Numbered from the stretch's first letter, positions 40,625-49,261 are shown. The stretch is 64,000 nucleotides of DNA from Alphaproteobacteria bacterium (GCA_965232515.1 CBDDPY010000002.1:6560001-6624000), one strand, 5' to 3'. Notes: a model not told the origin generated them from the sequence alone. A program made the numbers and translations.

Positions 40625-41755
40625 CTAAACGAAATACTGCTTCAGCGGCGCGAAGCCGTTGAAGCCGACGGACGAGTAGGTCGTGGTATAGGCTCCCGTC
40701 GCCAGAAATTCCACCTTGTCGCCGATTTCCAACGACAGCGGCATTTCATAGCCGGCGTTCTCGTACAGAATGTCGGCGCTGTCGCAGGTCGGACCGGCCA
40801 GCACCACCGGGCCCGTTGGCTCGCCGTCGCGCGGCGTCTGGACGCGGTACTTGATGGCCTCGCCCTCGGTCTCGGCCAGACCCCCGAAGCGGCCGACGTC
40901 GAGATAGACCCAGCGCCGTTCGTCGTCGTAGCTCTTCCGCGAGATCAGCACGACTTCCGACTGCAGCACGCCCGCGTCGCCCACCAGATAGCGGCCCGGC
41001 TCCACCGACATGGTCGGCAGCCGGTTGCCGAAATGCTTGGTCATGGCGTGCATGATCGCCTCGCCATAGGCGCCGATGCCGGCGACCTCGTCGCGATAGC
41101 GGGCCGGAAAGCCGCCGCCCAGATTGACGTTGCGCAAGGGCAGGCCGCGGTTCTCCAGCTCGTCCAGCAGCTCCGCCGTCATGCCGATGGCGCCGTCCCA
41201 CTGGTCCGCCCGGGTCTGCTGCGAGCCGACATGGAACGAGACGCCGTCGGGGATCAGACCCAGATCGGCGGCCTGCAGCAGCAGGTCGCGGGCCATGGTC
41301 AGGTCGCAGCCGAACTTCCGCGACAGCGGCCAGTCGGCGCCGGCATTGTCGACGAACAGCCGGCAGGTGACGCGCGAGTCGGGCGCGGCCTTGGCCAGCT
41401 TCTTCAGTTCGGCCTCGGCATCGAACGCGAACAGGTCGACGCCGGCGTCGTAGGCGTAGGCGATGTCGCGCTCTTTCTTGATCGTGCTGCCGAACGACAG
41501 CCGCGCCGGCGCCACATCCAATGACAGGCAGAGGTCGACCTCGGTCGTGCTGGCGACATCGAAGCTCGAGCCCAGATCGTTCAGCAGCCGCACGATCTCG
41601 GGCGCGGGGTTGGCCTTCACGGCATAGAAGATCTCGGCCAGCGGCAGGTGGTGGCGCAGCGCGCGATACTTTTCCGCCACCACGTCCAGGTCGACCACCA
41701 GGCACGGTGTCGGCGGCTGCTCCTCGTTTAGGAAACGGGCAATTTTCTCGGTCAT
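40625..41755 (-). CDS. Ornithine/lysine decarboxylase, fold-type III PLP
   Basis: YAVKANP, SFHVGSQ, NLGGGF, EPGR, GPTCDSAD and GAYT. Confidence 0.92.
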   Translation of the reverse strand: MTEKIARFLNEEQPPTPCLVVDLDVVAEKYRALRHHLPLAEIFYAVKANPAPEIVRLLNDLGSSFDVASTTEVDLCLSLDVAPARLSFGSTIKKERDIAYAYDAGVDLFAFDAEAELKKLAKAAPDSRVTCRLFVDNAGADWPLSRKFGCDLTMARDLLLQAADLGLIPDGVSFHVGSQQTRADQWDGAIGMTAELLDELENRGLPLRNVNLGGGFPARYRDEVAGIGAYGEAIMHAMTKHFGNRLPTMSVEPGRYLVGDAGVLQSEVVLISRKSYDDERRWVYLDVGRFGGLAETEGEAIKYRVQTPRDGEPTGPVVLAGPTCDSADILYENAGYEMPLSLEIGDKVEFLATGAYTTTYSSVGFNGFAPLKQYFV

Positions 41756-41866
41756 CTCGGGACCCTTCGTGATCTCCCCGCGGACGGCATCTTGTCGGAC
41801 AGGCCGCGGCGGGGGTGTTGACGAAAAGCGGTTGCTCCGGGCGCGGTCGGCCCGTGGCGCCGGCGT

Positions 41867-42346
41867 CTAGACGACGCCCCGCTTGTGTTCGCTCACGATC
41901 ACGCGTCCCGGCTCGAATGCCTCGCGCAGCACCGGGATCGCCCGTTCCGGCTCGGCGTCGCCGCACATGAACACGTCAAGCGCCGCGTAGCCGCGTTCCG
42001 GCCAGGTATGGATGCTGATATGAGACTCGGCCAACACGGCGACGCCGGACACGCCGCCCTCGGGACTGAACTTATGCAAATGGATATGCAACAAGGTGGC
42101 CTTGGCGGCATCGACGGCCCGCCTCAGGGCCCTTTCGATCAGCTCGACATCGTCGAGCCCGTTCGCCTGCCACAGATCGACGATGAGGTGGCTGCCGGCA
42201 TAAACAAGACCATTTCGTTCGACGAAATGGTCGCTTTGTGTGGTACTGCCGACGGAACTCGGAAACTTTACGGCTGCAACCTCTGCTCGGGCGGTCATGG
42301 CCTCCGCTTCAGCATTCACCGCGATTTGGGGATGCGTCGTTGACAT
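41867..42346 (-). CDS. speD: S-adenosylmethionine decarboxylase proenzyme (pyruvoyl)
   Basis: GVSGVAVLAESHISIHTWPE with the E-S cleavage site, and DVFMCG. Confidence 0.9.
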   Translation of the reverse strand: MSTTHPQIAVNAEAEAMTARAEVAAVKFPSSVGSTTQSDHFVERNGLVYAGSHLIVDLWQANGLDDVELIERALRRAVDAAKATLLHIHLHKFSPEGGVSGVAVLAESHISIHTWPERGYAALDVFMCGDAEPERAIPVLREAFEPGRVIVSEHKRGVV

Positions 42347-42436
42347 GGTGCAACTCCCTCAAACGCGCGTTGAACCCAAAGGGATAATCCCTCGTTGGTC
42401 TCTCTCCTGCTTCTTTCTCGGAAAGACGAAGGCGGC

Positions 42437-42464
42437 AATCTACGCATCGCGCCTCCGATTGCAA
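42437..42464 (-). promoter_or_regulatory. Putative sigma-70 promoter of speD
   Basis: Minus strand TTGCAA-N16-TAGATT, about 90 nt upstream of the start. Confidence 0.4.
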
Positions 42465-42647
42465 CGGAAAATTGGGGCGCCGAAGCAAAAATCACGCAAG
42501 CTTCATAAAACTGTCATATTCGGCGGAGAATCGGCGGAAACCGGGGCTGAAACCGCGCTCTGATCCGCCGGACGATAAGACGCGATCAATGACACCGTGA
42601 TGTCAGGGCGAACGGCGCGAATTGGTCGCCCCTGTTCGCCACGCCGT

Positions 42648-42716
42648 CGTCATGCTGGCGAAGGCCAGCATCCACAATGGCGCCTGCAATGGACTCTGGC
42701 CTGCGCCAGAGTGACG
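42648..42716. repeat. CGTC-tagged REP-like inverted pair
   Basis: CGTCAT-GCTGGC-GAAG-GCCAGC-ATCCA plus inverted CGTCAC-TCTGGC-GCAG-GCCAGA-GTCCA. Confidence 0.8.
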
Positions 42717-42774
42717 CAACAGATCACTCCTCTCTAATCGCCATGGTAGGTTGCGACTCCGTCTCATCGATCAT

Positions 42775-42828
42775 TATTTCGATATTTCTAGAAATATCGT
42801 TGACAAAACCGGCCGAGCGGGATATCTA
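42775..42828 (+). promoter_or_regulatory. arsR operator 1 and promoter
   Basis: Perfect 20-bp palindrome CGATATTTCTAGAAATATCG (42780-42799) abutting TTGACA-N17-TATCTA. Confidence 0.75.
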
Positions 42829-42834
42829 TCGTCC

Positions 42835-43179
42835 ATGGCAACAACCATGCATCTTCAGAAAGTGGCGAGCTGCCTGGAGGCGCTGGGCAACGAGACCCGG
42901 CTGTCGATCTTCCGGCTGCTCGTGCCCTACGGTCCGAGCGGTCTGTCGGTGGGCGACATCCAAAAGGAGTTGGGCGTGCCCGGGTCGACGCTCTCGCACC
43001 ATCTCTCGCGCCTGGTCTGGGAAGGACTGGTCCGGCAGGAGCGGCAGGGCCGCAGCCTGATGTGCATCGCCGACTTCGAGGCCATGGACGGCATCATCGC
43101 CTTCATGACCAGGGAATGCTGCGTGCTGGCCGATCCGGCCGATGTCGGCGCCTCGAAGAAGACCCCCGAGCCGGCCTGA
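42835..43179 (+). CDS. arsR: ArsR/SmtB repressor with C-terminal vicinal CC
   Basis: ALGNETRLSIFRLLV, STLSHHL, RQGR and FMTRECC. Confidence 0.88.
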   Translation: MATTMHLQKVASCLEALGNETRLSIFRLLVPYGPSGLSVGDIQKELGVPGSTLSHHLSRLVWEGLVRQERQGRSLMCIADFEAMDGIIAFMTRECCVLADPADVGASKKTPEPA

Positions 43180-43195
43180 AAATTTTTTGGCTTCT

Positions 43196-43220
43196 TATTT
43201 CGATAATTCTAGAAATATAG
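43196..43220. promoter_or_regulatory. arsR operator 2
   Basis: TATTTCGATAATTCTAGAAATATAG, 23/25 identical to 42775-42799. Confidence 0.7.
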
Positions 43221-43229
43221 GAATCGAAC

Positions 43230-43463
43230 GTGCTGGCCGAACTCATCAATCAAACGATCGATCTGGCCTGCCAACGCTGGGTGCGGCGGCAGCTTCGCCG
43301 CGAGCTCGAGGCGATGGACGATGCCTTGCTGGACGACATCGGCATCCGACGCAAGGACATCCCGCGTATCGTCGCGGCGACCACGCGCGACCGGCGCGCC
43401 GCGACGCCCGATCCGAACATCCACTGGCTGGATCTCTACCGACGACGAAAGGGTCTGTCATGA
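43230..43463 (+). CDS. DUF1127 (YjiS-like) small Arg-rich protein
   Basis: RRQLRRELEAMDDALLDDIGIRRKDI; stop overlaps the next ATG (ATGA). Confidence 0.8.
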   Translation: MLAELINQTIDLACQRWVRRQLRRELEAMDDALLDDIGIRRKDIPRIVAATTRDRRAATPDPNIHWLDLYRRRKGLS

Positions 43464-44503
43464 CCACGCTAGCGCTCACCCTCAATCAGGTCTCCCGTCG
43501 CGTCGCGGCGTTCGATCGCGTCTGGCTCGGCCTGGCGCTGGCGCTTTTGCTCGGCGTCGCGTTTGCGCCGGACCAGACCGAGCGCAGCCTCATCTTCCTG
43601 GCCGAGGCGCTGCTGCACATCGCGCCGTTCCTCGCCGTTTCGGTGGGCGTTGCCGCCTATGCCGGCGCCAGCGGCGCCGACAATATGATCGCGCGGGTGT
43701 TCCAGGGCGGGCAGGCGCGCATGATCCTGCTCGCCGCTGTTTTCGGCGGCCTGTCGCCGTTCTGCTCCTGCGGCGTCATTCCGCTGATCGCGGCGCTGCT
43801 CGCCATGGGCGTGCCGCTGGCGCCGGTGATGGCGTTCTGGCTGGCGTCGCCGATCATGGACCCGGAGATGTACATTCTGACCGCCGCCGCCATCGGACCC
43901 GGTTTCGCGACGGCCAAGGCCGCCGCCGCCATCGCGCTCGGCCTGTTCGGCGGCTTCGCCACTTTGGCGCTGCAACGTTTGGGCCTGTTCGCCATGCCAC
44001 TCAAGCCCGGCGTCGGCGACGGCGGTTGCGCCGCCGGTTCGGTGCACAGCGACGGCCGCGTCGCCTGGCGTTTCTGGCGGGAGCCCGAGCGCTGGGCGAA
44101 GTTCTGGCGCGACGCCCGCTGGAACGCCCTGTTCCTGGGCAAGTGGCTGGTACTCGCTTTCGTGCTGGAAAGCCTGATGGTCGCCTATGTGCCGGCCGAC
44201 GCCATCGCCACGCTGCTGGGCGGCGACAGCCCGTTCGCGGTGCCGCTCGCCGTCATCGTCGGCGTGCCGGCATACCTCAATGGCTATGCCGCGATCCCGT
44301 TGGTCGGCGGCCTGATCGATCTCGGCATGGCGCCGGCCGCCGGGCTTGCGTTCATGGTCGCCGGCGGCGTCACCAGCGTGCCGGCCGCCATCGCCGTCTT
44401 CGCGCTCGTCCGCACGCCGGTTTTCGCCACCTACATCGCGACGGCGCTCGTCGGCGCCATGCTGGTCGGCCTCACCGCGCTCGCCGTCATGGGAATGTCA
44501 TAG
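43460..44503 (+). CDS. arsP: ArsP/DUF318 permease
   Basis: SPFCSCGVIP, FWLASP, GVPAYLNG; multi-TM; downstream of arsR. Confidence 0.8.
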   Translation: MTTLALTLNQVSRRVAAFDRVWLGLALALLLGVAFAPDQTERSLIFLAEALLHIAPFLAVSVGVAAYAGASGADNMIARVFQGGQARMILLAAVFGGLSPFCSCGVIPLIAALLAMGVPLAPVMAFWLASPIMDPEMYILTAAAIGPGFATAKAAAAIALGLFGGFATLALQRLGLFAMPLKPGVGDGGCAAGSVHSDGRVAWRFWREPERWAKFWRDARWNALFLGKWLVLAFVLESLMVAYVPADAIATLLGGDSPFAVPLAVIVGVPAYLNGYAAIPLVGGLIDLGMAPAAGLAFMVAGGVTSVPAAIAVFALVRTPVFATYIATALVGAMLVGLTALAVMGMS

Positions 44504-44584
44504 ACCGCGCGTCCGACGTCACGTGACCGTCACCTGCCACCGATAAGGTTTTCGAATCGGAAGAACCAATGGGCAGGCAGGATC

Positions 44585-45460
44585 ATGTGGAAGACACTTG
44601 CTTCGATCGCGGCGGTGGCGGCCATGGCGCTGGCCGCCACCGCGGCACAGGCGGACGCTCTCAAGCTTGCCGTCACCGACGTCGAGGGCATGGAGCGGCT
44701 GCAGACCGAATGGGGACCGTTCAAGTCGGCGCTCGAAAAAGCCACCGGCATGACCTTCGAGATGTTCCCCGTCAACAGCCGCACCGCGGCGGCCGAGGCG
44801 CTGCGGGCCGAGCGCATCGACTTCGCCGTCACCGGTCCGGCCGAATATGTCGTCATCAACAAGCTGACCGATGCCAAGCCGCTGATCGGCCTGGGCCGGC
44901 CGGACTATTTTTGCGCCATCATCGTCATGGCCGATTCCGGCATCAACCGGCCCAGGGACCTCAAGGGCAAGAAGGTCGCGTTCTCCGACATCGGCTCGAC
45001 CTCGGGCCATCTCTGCCCGATGCAGCTGTTCAGCGACTACGGCGTCGACCCGACGTCTGACGTCCAGCCCATCCACACCTCGCGCAACGTCATGCACGAG
45101 GCGCTGAAGCGCGGCGACGTTGCCGCCATCGGCTACAACCACAATAGCTGGGTCTCGAAGGCGCGCGACAAGGACAGCTCTGTGCCGCCCGGCGCCTTTA
45201 AAATGATCGCGCGGTCCGGCGACCTGCCGAACGACATGATCATGGTCGGCAGCCATGTCGATCCGGCGCTGGCCGAGAAGGTCCGCGCAGGCATCATCGA
45301 CAACAAGGCGGACGTCATCGCCGGCATTCTGTCGCATGACGAGAACACCAAATACACGGGCATGGACCTGCACGCGATCGAGGACGCGGACTACGACATC
45401 GTCCGGTCCATGTACACGACCGCCGGCTTCCCTCAGTTCGACAAGTTCATCGGCGATTGA
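44585..45460 (+). CDS. phnD: PhnD/PtxB-family phosphate/phosphite/phosphonate-binding protein
   Basis: Signal peptide, GPAEYV, DLKGKKVAF..GSTSGH and LPND. Confidence 0.85.
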   Translation: MWKTLASIAAVAAMALAATAAQADALKLAVTDVEGMERLQTEWGPFKSALEKATGMTFEMFPVNSRTAAAEALRAERIDFAVTGPAEYVVINKLTDAKPLIGLGRPDYFCAIIVMADSGINRPRDLKGKKVAFSDIGSTSGHLCPMQLFSDYGVDPTSDVQPIHTSRNVMHEALKRGDVAAIGYNHNSWVSKARDKDSSVPPGAFKMIARSGDLPNDMIMVGSHVDPALAEKVRAGIIDNKADVIAGILSHDENTKYTGMDLHAIEDADYDIVRSMYTTAGFPQFDKFIGD

Positions 45461-46263
45461 TGGCGCAAGCCGCCCTCGCGGCCCGGTCGGCGGAGGCGCC
45501 GGCTGCCCGCTCGCGGCCCGCGCCGGTCGAGCTCGCGGTCGCCGGCCTCGGTAAGGCGTTCGCGGCCGACACGCCGATCTTCGGGAACGTCTCGTTCGAG
45601 GTGCGGCGGGGCGAGGCGGTGGCGTTGATCGGCGCCAATGGCGCCGGCAAGTCGACCCTGCTGCGCTGTTGCGTCCGCCTGATCGAGCCGACGGCGGGCG
45701 ACGTGCGGCTGTTCGACAGACCGGTGACGGCGGCGTCGCCGCGCCAGCTTCGCCGCCTGCGGGGGCGGATCGGCTTCGTCTTCCAGAAGCACAATCTGGT
45801 GCCGCGGCTGTCGGCGTTGTCGAACGTGCTGCATGGCGCGCTCGCCGACCGCTGGGGTCCGGCCTACTGGTCGCACGCGCTGGCGCCGTCCTCCGCGCGG
45901 GCCCGCGCCATGGCCTCTCTTGAGCGGGTCGGTCTCGCCGACATCGCCGGCCGCCGCGCCGACCGGCTGTCGGGCGGTCAGTCGCAGCGGGTCGCCATCG
46001 CCCGGGCGCTGATGCAGCAGCCCCGCATGATCATGGCCGACGAGCCGGTCGCCAGCCTCGATCCCGCGGCCGGCGAGGATGTGATGCGGCTCTTCGTCTC
46101 GCTGATCCGCGATCAGGGTCTGACCCTGGTCTTCACCTCGCATCACCTGGACCACGCGCTGACCTACGCCGACCGTGTCATTGGCCTGCGCGACGGACGT
46201 CTCGCCGTCGATGCGCCGGCGGCCGAGCTCAGCGCGGCGGCCTTGCGACACATCTATGACTGA
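45460..46263 (+). CDS. phnC: PhnC-like ABC ATPase
   Basis: GANGAGKST, HNLVPRLS, LSGGQSQRVAIAR and DEPVASLDP. Confidence 0.9.
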   Translation: MAQAALAARSAEAPAARSRPAPVELAVAGLGKAFAADTPIFGNVSFEVRRGEAVALIGANGAGKSTLLRCCVRLIEPTAGDVRLFDRPVTAASPRQLRRLRGRIGFVFQKHNLVPRLSALSNVLHGALADRWGPAYWSHALAPSSARARAMASLERVGLADIAGRRADRLSGGQSQRVAIARALMQQPRMIMADEPVASLDPAAGEDVMRLFVSLIRDQGLTLVFTSHHLDHALTYADRVIGLRDGRLAVDAPAAELSAAALRHIYD

Positions 46264-47074
46264 GCTCGCGACCGGCCGTCCGGCCGAGACGCGCGCGGCG
46301 CCGGCGCGCTACGAGCGTCCGAACGCCGTCACATTTATCTTGTACGTGGCCGTCGTCGCCTTCCTCGTCTGGTCCTTCGAGGGCGCCGGCTGGTCCTTTT
46401 CTCAGCTCGGCAGCGGCCTGCCGGCGCTCGGCGATTTTCTGGACCGCGCCTGGCCGCCCAGCCTCGATCGCTTCGACCGCATCGGCGGCGCCGTGCTCGA
46501 AACCTTCCAGATGGCGCTGGTCGGCACGGTCGTCGGCGTCGCGCTCAGCCTGCCGCTCGGCATCCTGGCGGCGCGCGGGCTCGCCGGCCGCTGGGTCAAC
46601 GCCGCGACGCGCGGCTTGATTGCGCTGTTCCGCACCGTGCCCGACCTGGTCTGGGCGCTGATCTTCGTCATCACCGTCGGTCTCGGGCCGTTCGCCGGCA
46701 CGCTCGCCATCGTCGTCGACACCATCGGCTTCTGCGGCCGCTTCTTCGCCGAGGCCATGGAAGACGTCGACAAGGGACCGCAGGAGGCGCTGACAGCCGT
46801 CGGCGCCTCGCGCGTCGACACCATTTTCTGCACGGTCGTCCCCGCGGCGATGCCGGCCTTCGTCACCACGGCGCTGTTCGCGCTCGAGAAATCGACCCGT
46901 TCGTCCGTCGTCCTCGGCCTGGTCGGCGCCGGCGGCATTGGGCTCGAGCTGAAAGTGGCCATGGACCTGTTCGACTATCCGACGGCGATGACCATCATTC
47001 TCTTGATCTTCGCGCTGGTGCTGACGGTCGAGCGCTTTGGCGCGACGTTGCGGCAGCGTATTCTGGCTAACTAA
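46256..47074 (+). CDS. phnE: PhnE-like ABC permease
   Basis: RTVPDLVWALIF, FFAEAME and VLGLVGAGGIG. Confidence 0.9.
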   Translation: MTELATGRPAETRAAPARYERPNAVTFILYVAVVAFLVWSFEGAGWSFSQLGSGLPALGDFLDRAWPPSLDRFDRIGGAVLETFQMALVGTVVGVALSLPLGILAARGLAGRWVNAATRGLIALFRTVPDLVWALIFVITVGLGPFAGTLAIVVDTIGFCGRFFAEAMEDVDKGPQEALTAVGASRVDTIFCTVVPAAMPAFVTTALFALEKSTRSSVVLGLVGAGGIGLELKVAMDLFDYPTAMTIILLIFALVLTVERFGATLRQRILAN

Positions 47075-47090
47075 AGGGGAGGGGACGGTA

Positions 47091-47753
47091 ATGAACGAGA
47101 CGGCAACCGCGCACCGCGCTTGGAACGACCGCTGGCGGACCGCCGAGGGGCGGGCCGACTGGCTCACGCCCGAGGCCGACGTGCTCGACGGCGCCAGGCT
47201 GGTCTGGGACCGCGGTGGCCGGCGGGCGCTCGATCTCGGCTGCGGCGTCGGCCGCCATGCGCTCGCCCTCGCCAGCCTCGGCTTCGAGACATCCGCGCTC
47301 GACGGCAGCGAGGCCGGTATTGCCGAGCTGCGTGCCCAGGCCGAGGCCGCCGATCTCGCCATCGAAACCGGCGTCGGCTTCATGACCGACCTGCCCTATG
47401 CGGACGCCGCCTTCGACTACGTGCTGTCGTTCAACGTGATCTATCACGGCGACGGCGAGATCGTCCGCCGCGCCATCGCCGAGATCCGCCGCGTGCTGAA
47501 GCCGGGCGGCATCTACCAGGGCACTATGCTGTCGAAACGCAACGCCAACCATGGCGTCGGCACCGAGGTCGCGCCCCACACCTTCGTCCGCGACGGCGAT
47601 GGCGACAAGGACCACCCCCACTTCTACTGCAACGCCGCCGAGCTGGTCGCCCTTTTCGCCGATTTCGAGCTGCTCTCCCTCATCGATCGCGAGCACAGCA
47701 AACCCGGCTCCTGGCACTGGCACCTCCTCGCCGAACACAAACAATTCCGGTGA
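47091..47753 (+). CDS. Class I SAM-dependent methyltransferase
   Basis: LDLGCGVGRH, FDYVLSFNVIYH and RVLKPGG; strong GGGGAGGGG RBS. Confidence 0.9.
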   Translation: MNETATAHRAWNDRWRTAEGRADWLTPEADVLDGARLVWDRGGRRALDLGCGVGRHALALASLGFETSALDGSEAGIAELRAQAEAADLAIETGVGFMTDLPYADAAFDYVLSFNVIYHGDGEIVRRAIAEIRRVLKPGGIYQGTMLSKRNANHGVGTEVAPHTFVRDGDGDKDHPHFYCNAAELVALFADFELLSLIDREHSKPGSWHWHLLAEHKQFR

Positions 47754-47767
47754 CAGTAACCATAACT
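47743..47767 (+). repeat. 25-nt imperfect palindromic repeat AATTCCGGTGACAGTAACCATAACT
   Basis: Same unit recurs three times at 54019-54130. Confidence 0.75.
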
Positions 47768-47804
47768 CTGTTGCCTGAAGCCGAAGGTCACGACAGGTCG
47801 GTTT

Positions 47805-47927
47805 TCACCTCGAAGACACAAAGACACCAAGAGTCAAAACATCCAGCAGCCGTGCCGCTGGTCATCGCGCGACACGGGCTTGGCGTCTCGCCCGCGTGAT
47901 CTTGGTGTCTTCGCGCCTTTGTGGTGA
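47805..47927. repeat. Inverted repeat built from 8-nt AAGACACN periods
   Basis: Arms 47805-47832 and 47900-47927 are near reverse complements. Confidence 0.75.
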
Positions 47928-48008
47928 TCCTTCCCCGCGTTCGCGGATGCCAATGAACGCGCCGGTGAAATACGCTAGTCTGCCGGCGTGACAGGCGGAG
48001 GTTCTCGG

Positions 48009-48500
48009 ATGACAGTCACGGTACGGCCGGCCACGGTCGACGACTTGGCCGCGTTGATCGAAATGGCGCGTGCGCTGATCGTCCAGCACGGCAAGTCGAC
48101 CGAATACCTGACCGCCGAGGCGCTGCGCCGCGACGCCTTTGGGCCCGACGCCGACGTGCAGATCGTCATCGCCGAGCTTGACGGCGCCGCCGCCGGTTTC
48201 GCGCTCTATCACGACGCCTACGAGTCGGACTATGCCGCCCGCGGCGTCTATGTCTGCGATATTTTTGTTGCGGAAGCCGCGCGCCGGCATGGGCTCGGCC
48301 GCGCCCTGATGGCCGCCGTCGCCCGCGACGCCAAATCCCGCGGCCGCACCTTCCTCTGGTGGGCGTCACAGCCCTGGAACAAAGACGCCGTCGCCTTCTA
48401 CGACAGCATCGGCGCCATTACCGAGCCGGTGAACGCGCACGCGCTCACCTTCGAGCATTTCGAGACGCTGGCCCGGGAAGCGGATCAGTCCGACGTGTAG
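48009..48500 (+). CDS. GNAT N-acetyltransferase (diamine acetyltransferase-like)
   Basis: DIFVAEAARRHGLGRALM and N..AVAFY..IG. Confidence 0.88.
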   Translation: MTVTVRPATVDDLAALIEMARALIVQHGKSTEYLTAEALRRDAFGPDADVQIVIAELDGAAAGFALYHDAYESDYAARGVYVCDIFVAEAARRHGLGRALMAAVARDAKSRGRTFLWWASQPWNKDAVAFYDSIGAITEPVNAHALTFEHFETLAREADQSDV

Positions 48501-49261
48501 TCGATGTCGTCGGCGGGCAGGTGGCGCCAGCTTGTGCCCTGCGCGCGTTCCTCCAGGTAATGGGCGGCAAGGCTGACCGAGCGCGGCGTGATCAGAAAGG
48601 CGCGGGCGGCCTGCCAGGGAAAACCGAGGTCGAGGATAACAGCGGCGATGACGCCATCAAGATTCATCGGGACCGCCCGGCCCGCTGCCGTTTCGACCGC
48701 CCGCTCGATCAACCGCGCGAGGCGGCAGTAACGGCCGAACACGCCCTCGGCCGCGGCGATCTCCAGCAGCTTCGGCGCCCGCGGGTCGGCGCCGTGCAGC
48801 GGGATGCCGAAGCCCGGCACGCGGTCGCCGGCCGCCCGCGCGTCGGCGACAACCGCCCGCGCCGCCGCTTCCAGGCCATCGTCCGTCTCGTCCGCCGGCA
48901 TCGCGTCCGTCAGCAGCTTCGCGAACTGCTCGCCGGCGCCGCCCATGACGTCGCCGAAGGCGAGGATGCCGCCGGCCATCGCCGCCTGGATCGTCGTGCC
49001 GTAGGAGGCGAAGCAGCGCGCGATCATCGACGGCGGCGCAATGCCGTGCTCCATGGAGGCCACCAGCAGCGCGTCCAGCGTCCGCGCCTGCGCCGGGTCC
49101 GGCCGCCGCCCGCTCAACAGCAGAAACATCATCTCCGCGAAAGAGACGTTGCCGACGAGGTCGCTCAGCCGCTCGCCTCGCACCACCACCTCTTCGGCGG
49201 CCACGTCGCTGACCACCCGCGCGATGCCGGTCCGCCAATGCCGCATGTCATCGCCGCTCAT
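48485..49261 (-). CDS. Citryl-CoA lyase / citrate synthase-like protein
   Basis: WRTGI, EHG..PS, VPGFG..H..DPR and MNLDG; GGAGG RBS. Confidence 0.8.
   Translation of the reverse strand: MSGDDMRHWRTGIARVVSDVAAEEVVVRGERLSDLVGNVSFAEMMFLLLSGRRPDPAQARTLDALLVASMEHGIAPPSMIARCFASYGTTIQAAMAGGILAFGDVMGGAGEQFAKLLTDAMPADETDDGLEAAARAVVADARAAGDRVPGFGIPLHGADPRAPKLLEIAAAEGVFGRYCRLARLIERAVETAAGRAVPMNLDGVIAAVILDLGFPWQAARAFLITPRSVSLAAHYLEERAQGTSWRHLPADDIDYTSD

Noticed and set aside
42347-42600. Known SAM-II/SAM-SAH riboswitch upstream of speD
   Set aside because: I could not find the consensus elements by eye; reported instead as an unassigned switch-like leader.
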